A stretch of 64,000 nt of DNA from the human T2T-CHM13v2.0 reference genome, Homo sapiens. The position numbers and the translations under genes were made by a program. The notes beneath the pieces were generated by a model. It was given only the letters and a program-made list of their open reading frames with translations, was not told where the DNA came from and ran no database searches. How positions within the stretch are numbered: the first letter of the stretch is position 1; every line of letters begins with the position of its first letter. The stretch lies in NCBI RefSeq assembly GCF_009914755.1, contig NC_060934.1. The stretch is one strand, 5' to 3'. Below, in pieces: positions 26,453 to 41,170 of this stretch.

Positions 26453-26679
26453 CAGATGTTGACAAATTTCTTCATCAAGGGCCAGATGATGAATATTTCA
26501 GGTTTTGCTGACCATACAGTTTCTGTCACAACTATACAACTTTGCTATGTTAGCCTGAGAGCAGCCATAGATGGTATGTAAACAGCTTGGGTGTGACCTA
26601 ATAAAACTTTATTTAAACAGATTGTCTTTAAACACTGGGCTGGATATGGCCCAGGGCCCATAGTCTAACTTGGTCCATG
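26453..26679 (+). mobile_element. MER58A hAT-Charlie MITE
   Basis: AAGGGCCAGAT..AATATTT.AGG...CAGCCATAGA...AATAAAACTTTATTT motifs. Confidence 0.8.
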
Positions 26680-27339
26680 ATCTAGACTAATGATCTGACT
26701 AGCAGGAAAATAGAAGTGGCTTTGACAGATAGTTGGAGGGATGCTTTCAAATCTCATACGACAAGGCAAATATCAAAAACTAGTCTTGTTATTAGGAAAA
26801 AACTTCAGAGGAGCCCTGGTGATATTTCAAAGGTCAGAGATGTTTTAGGTTATGAGCACTTGATCTCACAAAGATGATGAATGTCTGGAGGAAATGTATG
26901 GTTTACTGCATCCCTTAAATGTTTGAATGAGCCTTAAAGCTGTAACGAACTACACTTTTGCGTGTTCCCTTATGGAGTGTGTGAGAACCTCCCATTAATG
27001 AAAACAGCACACGTTGATGGGAAACATAGAACAGACCCCGAAATGTTGTAAGTCACTGCTTGGCCTTGATGCTTTCTTTTTCATTTCTGTCTCTGGCTCA
27101 TTTAGTGTACATTTCTCTTTCACATGCCGGGAAGTCTCCTAAGATGCATCCCAGATTCACAGAGGAGAGCACGCTGTGTAAGTTTGGAGGAATGTCATGT
27201 GTGGATACCCTTCGGTTCATGTCACATGACATCTTAAAGATGTATAGAGCCAGAAAAGGTTGCATGGATGCTCTGCTTGTATTCCTTGTGAGCAGGCTGG
27301 CCATCTGAAGATCAGGAATTTATATTCTTAGATGATAAT

Positions 27340-27590
27340 ATACAAGAATTATCAGTGCTTTCTACATGCCATGCCTTATGCTAAGTGCTTTTCATGTAAT
27401 GTCTCATTTTATCTTTGTAATAGCCCTGTGAAGTAGGTAGTGGTTCTTTTGCTCTTATTTAGAAGGAAGTGATACTTGTAAAGTTCCGGTCACTCATCCA
27501 AACACACACATACAACAGGTGTGGAGCCCCAGTGTGGACTTGGGTATTGCTAACCCTGAGCTAGAGCAATTAAACAGTGACACCACATAC
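27340..27590 (-). mobile_element. MIR SINE
   Basis: GCTAAGTGCTTT...CCCTGTGAAGTAGGTA antisense MIR motifs. Confidence 0.6.
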
Positions 27591-27777
27591 TTTTCTGATC
27601 TAGTTACTACTTTTTCTTGATAAATTGACAAGCATGGCAAAGTGTGTTGTCTTTACTACACCTCAGAGAGGAAAATTTTGCACCACGTAATTTTTCCTTT
27701 TCCCTTAGGAATATTTGAAGAATCATGACTCAGTTACGACTCAGTACTTTTAAAAATTTTTTGCAGAGCTGCAGGAA

Positions 27778-28051
27778 GAGGTGTTGGCTGGAATGCATTG
27801 TCAATTCTTTTGGCAGCCTGGAGCTTTACGAGGCGGGCACTTGAAGGGGAATGGAATGGGATCACCCTAGGGATGTGGCCTTGAGCTGTTAGAAACTATG
27901 TCAGTGTTTGTTCAAGTCTTTTAATGAGGGGGGGAGACGGGTGGATGAAATCATTTTTGTTGAGTTTGTAAGTTTTATAGCTCAAGGTGGAGGCCTAGTT
28001 GAGAAGAGCTCAGAGGAGCCCGGCTGGAGTTTGATCATAGAGAGAGTCTTT
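27778..28051 (-). mobile_element. 3' LTR remnant (MER67-like), truncated
   Basis: GGGATGTGGCCTTGAGCTGTTAGAAACTA and TATAGCTCAAGGTGGAGGCCTAGTTGAGAAGAG shared with the right LTR. Confidence 0.8.
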
Positions 28052-28429
28052 AGGAGTCCTTTTCTTGCTCCAGGAAAAAAGAGACAGTGTACATTGCTTT
28101 GAACACTCTAAGTCCATTTTCCATTTGATCACCTTGTGTTCATTAAGGACCAGCTAAACCATCTGTTGAGACTCGGTAGTCGAGGACATCTGCTAGATGG
28201 GGGAGCAATCAGGCATTTAATGAGGGGCCTTTCTATGGAAACAAAAAGAAAAATGAAAAGTAATGGTTGGAGCTGACTGTAAACTCAGTGTCTGAGGCCA
28301 GAGGACAGTCAGTTGAGAAGATCTCTGGACACTGAGCTCTAAGCATCTTTAGATGGTGAAGTGAGAAGGGCAATGGCAGTCAGACAGATTTCCTGGTTTA
28401 CGGTTTGGATTTTTGTCATCATGGTGTAG

Positions 28430-28796
<367 letters not shown>

Positions 28797-31270
28797 TCCA
28801 GTGGACTTTCTGAGTGGCCCTGGTAGCAGCAGCTCTGGGTGTAATGGTTGCTCCTACATGATTTATTGTGGTAATGACTTTCTGGACATGTAGATCCACT
28901 TGTCTGGCTTCAGTGTGCAGGACTGTATCAGATCATGGAGCCAAATAGCAGCTATAAGACAACACTGAGTCACAATAAGGATCTTGGCCATCAGGTTTCA
29001 GTTCTCATTGATGACAAGTCAGGTGGAAGGGAGAAAAAGTGAAAACGTTAACTTTGGAGAGTTACAGTCACCCACTCAAGAAAACTAGAAGAGTATTTGG
29101 TAAGGGGTGACCATATGTGTAAGATGGAAGGATCCAGTCCGGTTTTACAGGTAAATAATATAAACTCCCCAAAACAAGGAACAGGACTAGAATCTGATCA
29201 CCCACAAGGATGTGTTGCAGTTTTCTATTGAAACATAAGATTGTTGTCCACGGTTACCCCCCTTTTTGATCAAAGATAAACTAATACTATTCTTGTTTAT
29301 AAAATGTTTCTTGTCTCATTAAACTGGGCCAGATGATATTTATATAAGTGCAGCAAAAATAATAATTGAGCACATAGACCTTTTTAAGTTTGCTTTGCTA
29401 GAAAATAAAGAATCTCCTATTGGACTTTCAAAAGCCTCTGCTTTTCTAGCAAGCCAAGCCAGGAACTTGCCATCAGACTTCACCTTCAATACCTGTAGCT
29501 TTGGGTAAATTCCTTTTCTTTTGAGGTCCCCAAAATATTTTAATGTTCTTAGGCTTGCCAGGACATGACCATTCTTACTCACCTATACATCTGCAAATCC
29601 TGTAAGCCAGGTATCAGCCTAGTTCTTCCAAGAGGGATTTGTATACCTTCACTCCGTAAAGTCAACCTTGGATCCTTAAATATGTCTGGTCATATCTGAT
29701 TTTATGTGTCATTCTCAAATAGGGCATTCCATTCAAAGCCTTGAACATATAAACCAATGTTTCCAATTATGTTCTATTATAAGGGAGACAGATTTTTTTT
29801 TGCACCTGTGCAAATAACTATTGTCATGCAAATAAGAATACCCAAGAACAAATTCTGAATTCTGAAGAGATCAGGTAGGGAGAAAAAGATAAATGTTTCT
29901 ATTTTGTTTACAAAAGTATAATTTAGTAGATTTTTTGGATGACAGATAGCTTAAGACGAAAGGAAAAGGAATTTTCTGCTATCCAGAAAATAGAGTATTA
30001 AAGAGCCAGCAATATTCCAAACAAAAGCCATAAAACATAATAATCATTCCTTATCACTTTACCAAGTCCAATATATTAAATAATTAATTTTGTTCTGCTT
30101 GATCTTGAGTTAGCAATTTTATGAAGCTGTCAGCTTCTCTGCTAGAGTTATGGAAAACCTGACTCAGTTCATTAGGATGGTATCAAGGTTATGTAAGCAA
30201 TGACATCAGAATCTTGCACCCCAGAGTACCTGTCACAGACAGTTATTTCCATAGGTCTCTGAGACAGCTTCTTTTTTGTTAAAGACAAAGTTCTGTGGCT
30301 TGAGCTGTTTGCATGAGCAGAGTAAAACAGTCACTATTTCTGGATGACAAAATACTGAAGATGGCCATGGTTAAAGATCTGATGGGCATTCATTATAAAA
30401 ATAACACTATCGACAAGAAAATGTGGTAGTTTCTGTGACATAAAACATGTTAAAATAATTGCTGGAATTATGACTGACGACATCACACTATTGTTGTCTA
30501 ATATCAGGCAAAACAGCATTGAGATAGATCCTGGACACAAAGGGCATTGACAAATTTCTAGGAACTTCGTGTAACTTTTGAAATACCACATTTACCTGTA
30601 CAAATATAACCTGGGGAAGGTTAAACATTTCTTTTTATTAAATAATGCTTTTCATGAATTTCCACCTCGCAAGTAAATTCAATGATTTTAACATCTCTTT
30701 TTTTAACCAGGTGAAAGAACAAACCCTTTGAGATTTTTCAAAGGCCCTTGGGAAATCTCAAAGTCAGTTTGGTATCATGAAGGCTTCATTTGGGTTTGAT
30801 TTTAGGAAGGCAAAGCTGTCAAATATGTCAAAAGGTTCGATTACTTGACAAAATAGGATCACAGGTCACTGCGAAACAATCCTTAGTTAAGTATCTAACC
30901 AATGTGACAATGAAAGAATTTAAAAGTAAATACAGGAGGTAAGATCATTGTTTTAAAAACCTTAGTTCTTTTTAAAGTGAGAAGACATGGTTCTCTTAAC
31001 TAATCAGAGACACGGTAAAGACAACATGAAACACAGAAAATTATTTTTATGAGGTGCAGAATCTTTCTCTCCTAGGAAGATTACTAAAAAGTAGAGAAAA
31101 ACCTTCTACAGTCTCTTATCAAGAGCATACCACTCATTCAAGAAACATTCTTATTTTCAGAAAGAGAAAACCAAACCAAACTAGGTTTGAGTCCATACGC
31201 TATTGATATTGAAGCTCATTTTTAAAAATTTTATACATAAATCCATTTGATCTTAGCAAGTCTTGACATT

Positions 31271-31699
31271 TACTGTGAACTGAAATGTGTCTCCCCAAAA
31301 TTCACATGTTGAGGCCCTAACCCCCAATGTGGTGGTATTTGGAGATGAGGCTGTGGGGAAATAATTAGGTATAGATAAGTTTATGGAAGTGAAACCAACA
31401 TGACGGGATTAGTATCCTTAAAAAGAAGAGATGCCATAGCTCACTCGTGCTTGTGCATACTCTTTCTCTCTCTCTCTGCCTCCCTCTTTCTCTCTCTTTC
31501 TCTCTGTCTCTGTCTCTACCATGGAAGGGCACAGCAAGAAGGTGCTGTCTGCAAGCCAGGAAGAAAGCCCTCATTAGAACCATGCTGGGACTTTGATCTC
31601 AGACTTCTAGCTTCCAGAATTGTGAGAAAATGCACTTGTACTGTTTAAGCCACCCAGTCTATGGTATTTCATTATGGTGATCTGAGCAGACTAATCACA
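31271..31699 (+). mobile_element. MLT1A-like MaLR LTR inserted in ERV internal region
   Basis: CCCCAAAATTCA.ATGTTGA.GCCCTAACCCCCAATGTG and TTTAAGCCACCCAGTCTATGGTATT motifs; TSD ACATT/ACATA; internal CT-rich repeat. Confidence 0.85.
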
Positions 31700-33470
31700 A
31701 CATAATATTCTTTTCCTTAAACTTTCTATGACTTTCTGCATCCATTCGGGTTTCATCTTATACTTTCCATCTTTCTCATTCTGGAACAACCAGTCACTTT
31801 AGGACAAAATTTCTCTTTTCCTTAGCAGAACCTAATAATCTTCAGACACTCTATACCATACGACAATAAGTCAAAAGTATATAAACTTAAGCTAACGTTT
31901 AATAATTGATGCTTTAGTACTTACTTGAAAATTATTTAGATATTTAATGAATATCCATTATTTAATTTAGCAGACTTCTAAGTTTGCAAGTAACTGAAAA
32001 GATTTTGGAAACTCTTCTTAGGCAAACATTATGAAACAATTATTCTTGAACTGAAGTTTGTGAAAATAATGATTTAATTTGCTTCAAATCAAATTATCAT
32101 TTTTATAATCTTAAATATCTAGAAAATATTAGTTTATGTGACTGGTAAACTCAAGAAAAACAAAAATTTATTCTCACGTTATATTTAATGTTGACAACTC
32201 TGAAAACATACCTTTTTTATTGAACCAACAATATTAAACTAATCTTACCAAGAATTTACTCAAATTACATAAACATTTGAGTGGGTTTCTATATTTCTGA
32301 CAGTTTTAGAAAGATTTAATTTACATAAGTGCATATTTCCCTCTAAGCCAATTAGGATAGAACTCTTTTAAAGGATTTTGTAAATTAATTTGTCAATGCC
32401 ATCTGGAGGGAAGGTACCTTACATACATGCATAAACACACAGATAGACATAAATAGAAACCTATGGCTTTCATTTTTAATATTAGCCATGAGTCAGGCAT
32501 AAATACAATAATACAAAATACAATCGTGTACGGAAGAGTTAGTTCTCATCTTTACTCCATTTTTTTAATCCAATTTGTGTTTCTGGCAAATGGAGTAGCC
32601 AACATTCACCTGCTGAATGTGAGAGCTAAAATTTACCACTAATATTTGTGGAGGAGGCCTTTAAGATTTTTTTACCTTGATAGATCATCTCATGGGGGAG
32701 GTGAACTAAATATCTGTTTCCAATTAGTTTTTCTTTGCAGCCTCAGGTAGCTGCTTTTGGGATCCCTAAGTCCCTTAAGCATCCCCCAATGGGGGCAGCT
32801 GGCCTCAGGTTCCAGTAACTGTCAGTAATTGAGTGGCTGGAATGGGAAGGGAAGGGTCCAGCAGAGGGAAGAGAGAAGAGGAAGAGCCAGGGGCGGCTCT
32901 AAGGGGCTCATATCAAAGAATGCAGGGGAGTGGAAGGGAAGATGGAGACCGGCAGAAGGAGGAAGGAGGTAACGGAAGGGAGAGGTCTTAGAGGAGCCAG
33001 TTTAGGGAGACCCTGTTCCCAAAGAAACCACTAAAGTTCCCAATCATCGTTCATCAAGTCATGCCAACAAGAAGTGGGTAGAGTGAGTGCCATCGTGGTG
33101 GAGCTTCCAGTCAGCAGGAGTTCAAAAAGGGGCTTTCAGATGGCTGAGAAGTTCCTATGGGATGGGCAGGAAGAAAAATAATTTCCAACTCAGGCATCAG
33201 GGAATGAATCCCCACTCAGAATAAGGATCCAGGAAGAAACACTTGCAACCCAGAAGGTCCCCTTTGAAAGAAGCCTGGGACTCTCTTCCAGCTTCAGAGA
33301 GTATGCGCAGAGCCATCAGTATCAAAATGTCTCCTCGCTGTGCTCCTACAGACATGTGTTCGGAGCCTTGGATCAGGAGAGTCAGACTCACGACCAAAGA
33401 CCCAGAGGACACAAAAGTCTCTGTGCAGGCAGAGTTGTCCTGTTCAAGGATCTCATGGCAGCAGATCCAG

Positions 33471-33488
33471 ATCTGAGTCACAGCAGCA
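33471..33488 (-). other. Retroviral primer-binding site, tRNA-His type
   Basis: Plus strand ATCTGAGTCACAGCAGCA vs tRNA-His 3' end ATCCGAGTCACGGCACCA: 15/18, two mismatches are CpG decay; directly next to the LTR end. Confidence 0.75.
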
Positions 33489-33493
33489 GATAA

Positions 33494-34199
33494 TGGTCAA
33501 ATATAAAGTTTTCTTTGTTTATAAATTAAGTGGTCAGGACAGATTTTAATTACCAATAAATTATTGCAGTAGGGATGCACTTCCAGCATCAACAGGGCTC
33601 AGCTTTATAGAGATGACCAGGCTTTTTAAAGGGAGAATGGGGTGGAGGGCCAGAAAGCAGGAGTGCCATAGAGTCAGGAAGTGAAAAATTGCAAATGTGG
33701 GCAATGTGATTAGGCAACTGGGTGTGTACACTGCCACCTGTAGATGTTAGGACTCAGTTCTCCCACAGAGATGGGGGGAGAGGGGCCCTGGTCTTCCTCG
33801 TGGTTACATTGTAAAGAAACAGCTTTCAGGTTCTTCAGAAAGACCCTCCTGAGTTGCAGGGGGTACATGCACATCTCAAAGGGATGGAGGAAGGGATCAC
33901 CATTATAAGCCCTATGTATTCAATGACCTAAGAAAGGGAGAGCAGGGGCCTGTGTCAGGTATTGGCTGGAACACAGGGTCAATTCTTTTGGCATCCTGGA
34001 GCCTTCTGAGGCAGACACTTTAAGGGGAATGGAATCACCCTGGGGATGTGGCCTTGAGCTGTTAGAAACTACGTCTTCAAATGTGTCATGGGGGACTGAT
34101 GAAATCATTTGTGTTGAGTCTGTGGTTTTTATAGCTCAAGGTGGAGGCCTAGTTGAGAAGAGGGCTGCAAGGAGTTTGGTCCCAGAGAGAGTGTTGTTA
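33494..34199 (-). mobile_element. 5' LTR (MER67-like)
   Basis: About 700 bp LTR-like unit adjacent to the PBS; right third homologous to 27778-28051. Confidence 0.8.
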
Positions 34200-34370
34200 G
34201 GAAAGAGAAAATCACCATGTGCCCCTCATCTCCCCTCCTCTCCCCAAATAATGTATTTTGGCTAAAAGTCCCAGAATCCTAGGATCCTATGCTGTCCAGT
34301 CCACAGTAAAGATAATAATCCACATGCAGGGTCCTGTCTGTTCTCATGCAGAGCTGCTGTATTTCCCACC

Positions 34371-34729
34371 TATATTAGTCCATTTTCATGTTGCTGACCA
34401 AGACATACCCGAGAGTGGGTGAGTTATAAAGAAAAATAGGTTTAATGAACTCACAGTTCCATGTGGCTGGGAAGGCCTCACAATCATGGCAGAAGGCAAA
34501 AGGCATGTCTTACATGGTGGCAAACGAGAGAATAAAGCCAAGCAAAAGGGGAAACCCCTTATCAAACCATCAGATCTTGTGAGACTTATTCACTACCATG
34601 AGAACGGTATGGGTGAAACTGCCCCCATGATTCAATTATCTCCCACTGAGTCCTTCCCACAACATGTGGAAATTATGGAAGCTACAATTGAAGATGAGAT
34701 TTGGGTGGGGACACAGCCAAACCATATCA
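34371..34729 (-). mobile_element. THE1B-like solo LTR
   Basis: Typical THE1 sequence; TSD CCACC at 34366-34370 and 34730-34734. Confidence 0.92.
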
Positions 34730-36025
34730 CCACCACTCTCGACTTTAGTGCAACAGAGTTAGAGGGCACCTGAGAGATCAATTTCTTGATGATCTCTTCA
34801 TGTCTATGTAAAAATAAAAGTCTCCGTTCCCCAAACACCATATTATTTAGGAGGATAGGGACTGTCTGTTCAGCACTGTGTCCTCAGCAGTGCCTGGTCC
34901 TGTATGCAGGACCCAGGTTTCATGCTTTCTAATTTCACCTGAGAACTTCTCACTAAGCCCCCTCCCTGGCTGTCCACCCTCAGGTGGAAGTAAGATTTTC
35001 TTCTTCTGAATGTTCATAACACTGAATCTAAACCTCAGATCTGCAAATGCATATTTTCTACTTTGTAGTGTTTGTGTAGTAATTCCATTAATAGGGTGTC
35101 AATGTCTGGAAGATAGGCAGGGTCAATGTCTGATTCAATCTGGTGTCCTCCTGTATCCCTTATATCATCAGGCACTGCGTTTATCTGAGTGTTTGGATGG
35201 AAACCCACATATTCCTCATTTCTACTATGAGATATTGAACCAGGATTGCCCAACTATAAAATTGTATGATCGATGTAAGATAGAACAGAGAAGTACCTTC
35301 CCATCGGATCCCGAATCCCACCTCTGAGTGATACCATGAATCCATCTCCTATACTGCCCAGTTTTTCTCACAGCACAGCAATTCTCTTTATATTGATCCT
35401 CATTTTCTTTCAAGGCTCTTTTATTCCCACTCCTTCCGTAGAGCTGATGGACGAAACTACAGATCTGTGTTCAGATGTGCTGTCTCTGAGCTGGAGCTCT
35501 AATGTAAATCAGCTGTTCAGGGATGAGTTCTGCTGACAGAGACTGACATTAGCGATTTTATGACTGGTCCTGCAGGGCTGAAGATTGCAATCCATCCAGG
35601 GTGCAGGTGTTTCTGTTAACCATGCTGTAGAACTCCATTTTGATTTTGTTTTGTGCTAGTTTTTCATTCTTATAAAGATACAAATGTCCAAGTCAGAAAG
35701 AATTGTTACAGAGCTGTGGAAATGGCAGTTTTATACATTTGATCATATTTCCTGGTGGGTAAAGTGAAAGATTTTGTGAACTGGGAAGATGTGGCCCTCA
35801 CTGAAGTTGGTTATTTGTAAATGGCATGTAATGCCGGCTCTGAGACTTCGCATGTGTCCTTCCTTGGCTGCCATTATTATTGTCGTTATTGAACATAACA
35901 TACATTATCCAGTTCTCCAAACCTGGGATGCTTTTCCCCTTCTCCATGAAAGCACATGGTCTCTATTTAAAAGGTTTATTCCAGCAAAACTTCCTTTAAA
36001 CTCTATTTAAGCAGTTTATTCCAAA

Positions 36026-36110
36026 TGGCTGTATTCCAATAAAACTTACAGTTTTACAAAAACAGGTGTTGGGCTGGATTTGGGCCATGGGCCGTGGTTT
36101 GCTAACTCCA
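36026..36110 (+). mobile_element. MER58 3' fragment
   Basis: TGGCTGTATTCCAATAAAACTT...GGGCTGGATTTGG..CATGGGCCGTGGTTTGC. Confidence 0.7.
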
Positions 36111-36507
36111 TTGAGTTTTAGAACCTTTGAGATCCACGATAACTTGGACAGCAACAGGGAGACTGAACTACAAGAAGCAGCAAGAGAGAATCTGCTTCCC
36201 CCAGTACTGTGTGCTGAGCTAAGCTGTCCTGGGCTTTAGCTCCTGGGAAAAAGAGTGTACAAGAGATGAGAGAGAGAGAGCTGGGTTTGTTCAGACCCAG
36301 GATCTCCTTTCACTTTGGATATATTGAGGCCAAACAACAGTGCACACTTTGTCTTTTAAGGAAGGCTCAGCACCTCTACTCTCTAGCAAATATACATTTC
36401 AATGACCTGGAGCCACATCCTTCCATAGCAGGCACTTATCCCTTTGGGGAAGGAGGACAGATCATGAAATGGGAACAAGAGAAGGAAGAAAGGGAAAGAA
36501 GAGTCCT

Positions 36508-36533
36508 AAAAAAAAAAAAAAAAAAAAAAAAAA
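36508..36533 (+). repeat. A26 homopolymer
   Basis: Direct reading; not attached to an Alu or L1 body. Confidence 0.95.
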
Positions 36534-39479
36534 GCTGCTCTAAAGGGACTGTAGGACTCTGGGAAGAAAGGCAGCTGGGATCATTTATTGCCCAAAAGAG
36601 CCAGAAGATGACTTCAGAAGAAAGAGAACTTGACTCTCTTTGTCTTGGTCTGTATCCATGATTGCTGTCTTCATCGCCACAAAATCTAACCTCTTCTTTT
36701 GGATGTGGCCTCCCACATTTTATTTTTAAACAAAAATAAAGTTCGCTCATGGCTTGGATGCTAGATTGAATGCATGTATGATCAGGCCTTCGGGCAACCA
36801 CAGCAGCGCCGTAGTATCCCAGAGAAGCCCACATTTCCCACTTCCAACACGTGCCTCTTGGGCCCCTCCATGACAGGCCATGCATCTCTATCACTAGAGA
36901 ATGAGAACACTGTTTTTGAAGAGATTTAAGATTTTGAGCTGGCCCTGGGCCAAATGAGGTAACATGGCCCTCCAGTTTCCTCCTGTAGGGAGGCTCTTCA
37001 GAGAGCTCAATCAGTTACAGCTTACCTTGAGGTTAAATCCAGGTAATATGATGTCAGGGGATTTGTATTTTAGGAACTATCTCCAATTATGCAACATGAG
37101 ATGGGAGGTGGGAACAGAAGAACTCAGGAATTCGAATTTTGGTGAGGCTTTCAGTATGCCTGAAATCACACACCATAGGTTCCGTCTAGAGCACCTAGGG
37201 CATGAAGACCTGACTTGGATTGAGTTCCTTCCTGGTTAGGATAGCTCTCTCCCCTCTTCCTTAATAAATTACCACTTCACAATCAATTGCCCTTCAATTA
37301 CTAAATTGAAAGTGTCAGTCTGCCTTGTCAAAGAGTGAGAATTATAGAAGAATGGGGCTTTGAGAAGATCACTGGAGAGGGAAGCAGTTTGAGGCAGAAT
37401 TTATCTTAAAGACTTTAATTGCATGTATGACTTCTTCCTGGTGGGTGTAAAACCCTCTGGAGCCCCTGCCCTGGCCCAGATTCTAATCAGGTTTTCTCCC
37501 AGGGTGTCACTGATGTGCTCCTCTTTGCCCCTCTCTCCCCTTGTACAGCAAGAGGTAGATTTTACCTTTGGGCAACTGGCCTTGTGCTGATGGTGGCAGA
37601 AAAGGACAATTTGCTCAATTAATATTTCTGCAGGAAAGGAGGAAATGGTCATTATTTATATCATTGAAAGAGGGGAGTGTTTGTTTGAGAAAAACAGCTC
37701 CTGAGAACTTGGGTTTTGTTTCCTAAAAACTAGTAACTAGGTTAGAGAATATAGAGAATAAAACCTGTTTGCCTGGTTCCCAGACTAGCCCTGTTCTGCT
37801 GTCTTCCCTCATTACAGAAGACAGGCAGCAAATGTGGTTTTCCATTTATTGAACATATCTTGGGCAAAGTCTTTCTAATGAAACTAGTTTGTTGTATTTT
37901 GGAATCCTTGTTTTAGGCTCTGTCTGCAATCAAGCAGCTCTCTCCAGAGGATAAAGCTATATTAAGCTTTAATTCTCTAGTTAATTTTTTTTTGGTAGCC
38001 ATGAAATTAGCTTCCTTGTCTTTTGCATACGTTCTGTGGATCACCATTCAGTAAATGAGCAGACCCAGAACACCCTCAACCAGCCTGTTAGTTAGATGGG
38101 GAACAGAGCTAAACATTTTGCATATAAACTTCAAACACCATAGAGAAAGTGAGAGTAAGTCCTTGACTCTATATTTCATAGCTTGGGGTTTGGGTTGTTT
38201 TTTTTTTTTTTTGCCCCATAAATTGGCCTAAATCCCTTTTGATCATCGTTTCTTATTTTTTGGCAGACGATGTTTTATCTTCGTGAAAACAGTGAATGTT
38301 TTTTGACTTGTGGTAACACCATCCTCCTACATAGACCTTTTACTTTTATTGACCCCTGCAATTGTATTTGGTCTAAACTTTAATCTCCAGCCTGTAACAT
38401 AAAAGTATAAATCACATCTTGAGACCATAAGTTTCTATATTTGTTGTTGGTAAGCACAGAAGATTTTAGTAAAGACAGTTCAGACAAGAGACAAATAAGC
38501 CAGTCCTGGAAAGTGGCTGAAGAGGCCCTGTGTTTCATAAATCCATTGATTTACATTCTTATTTCTCTTTATATCTGATTTTTAAAAAAATAATCAAAGG
38601 CACATTCAGGTAATTTTGTGTTATAGGGTGACTCTAGGAGCTGGCTTCTGCTTCTGACTTCAGATAAACCTCTGTTTAAAAAAGTATTTGCTGAAAATCT
38701 AACCTACCTGATTACAGCAATCAAGATGTTTCAAGTATATTGAGTGTATTTTGCTAATGCACAGTTTAATTGTGACACTCTCTGTGTCCCTTTTCCTATA
38801 ATTATTTTTATCTGTATTATGCACATACTGAATAGCCATAGAGCTGTAAGAAGAAAGAGGAATACGTGGAAAATTAAATGTCCAGTTAACTGGAGACATG
38901 CTTCTGTGCAGATATGGAAAACAAGTCATATCTTAAAAATGCAATCCATTCTTCAGATGGGCCTTGGATAAACAAACTTAGTATTACTCAAGCTAATCAT
39001 ATGGTACTAATTTGCTTCCTTGCTTTGCCATTAAATTCTCCACAGGTGATTCCATGTAACGATTTGGTTTAGTATGGTCCAGGTTCAGGTAATGGATTAA
39101 AGTTAAGCAGATACTCTTTTAAAAAGACAGCTTGTAGCCATAGGCTGTACTGGAGTCTTCAACATGAAAACCTCTTGTATATGAAAGATAAAATATGCAA
39201 ATATGCACTACTCTGGCCCTTCCTTAAGAAAGAAAATTACTGAAAGTTGGAAAAGAAAATTGGGAACCTATAGGTCAGATAAGGTGGTGTCAGCAATTCC
39301 AACAACTGACTTGGAAGCTGAGCCTGGAAGTTTCCAGATGGTACAGAACCAACATGGCGGGCAGTGGACGGTGGGAGAGTGTGCAAAGAGGACTGATGTT
39401 TTACATGGAATCCAAGTGAGAAGAAAAGGAATAGACACATCTGTCTGTGTTAGGCTAAGTTTAGGGCATTAACATGAGG

Positions 39480-40083
39480 GTTTTTTTCCTTTTTTTAATT
39501 TTTGTGGGTACATAGTGGGTGTACATATTTATGAGGTACATGAGATGTTTTGATACAGGCATGCAATGTGTAATCACATCCCCTCAAACATTTATCCTTT
39601 GAGTTACAAACAAGCCAATAGCACTCTTTAAATTATTTTAAAACGTACAATTAAGTTATTGTTGACTATAGTCATTCCCACTGTGCTACCAAATAGTAGG
39701 TCTTATTCATTCTTTCTGACTATTTTTTGGTAACATTAACCATCCCCAGCTTCCCCCAACCCCCGCATTACGCTTCCCAGCCTCTGGTAACCATCCTTCT
39801 ACTCTCTATGTCCATGAGTTCAATTGTTTTGATTTTTAGATCCCACCAGTAAGTGAGAATATACAGTGTTTGTCTTCCTGTGCCTGGCTTACTTCATTTA
39901 ACATAATGATCTCCAGTTCCATCTATGTTGTTGCAAACGACTCGATCTCATTTTTTATGGCTGAATAGTACTCCATTGTGTATACGTACCACATTTTCTT
40001 TATCCATTCATTGGCTGATGAACAGTTAGGTGGCTTCCAAATCTTAGCTATTGTAAACAGTGTTGCAACAAACATAGAAGCAA
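39480..40083 (-). mobile_element. L1 3' end (L1MA2/3-like)
   Basis: TTTTGATACAGGCATGCAATG, CTCCAGTTCCATCTATGTTG and ORF2 C-terminal remnant (MFVATLFTIAKIWK). Confidence 0.9.
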
Positions 40084-40688
40084 TAACATCATTATGTCGT
40101 AAAGTAATAAGGTTACTGAACTTTTGCTCCCTTACTACTATTGCTTGATTTAATTTGTGTTTGAGGCCCAGTGTATAGTAAGACAGTAGACTTTTGTGCA
40201 AAATAGACCTGAATTCAAATCCAGTCTGCCACTTCATAACTGTAGGACCTTAGGTAAGTATTGAATCTCTGAGGTAGCCGACCTTACAAAGCACCTAGCA
40301 CATGGTACTCACCCACCCACTCATTAAACAAACTGATGTTGCCGCTAATATCACTTGTACATAAAGCCAAATATTTCTGATCACCAAGGGTATTTCATTG
40401 GGGTCAATAAAATTGTCTAGGCAGCATCTATTCAGAAACTATATTTTGGGGCTATAATCTTTAAGAGGTACTATATGCCACTGGTTTTGTGTTAATACGC
40501 ATTCACAAGGCCTCCAGGAACTCCTCTGGTGATCCACCCATCTGTTCTGCCAGGAAAAGACAGCTCTGTGGCCAGCATGAGTGTATCAGTCACATGCACC
40601 AGACTCCAAAAGCAGAGGACCCAAGCAGATCCAGCTGTCTAGCCACTGAAGTAGTAAATCCAAAAGAAAGGTTTTTCTCATTAGATGA

Positions 40689-41170
<482 letters not shown>

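Noticed and set aside
33729-33745. CTCF-like CAGGTGGCAG in the LTR
   Set aside because: The 5' half of the consensus mismatches at three positions.
36266-36894. Antiparallel 131-aa and 152-aa ORFs
   Set aside because: They span the A26 tract (poly-K / poly-F) with no domain similarity or exon signals.
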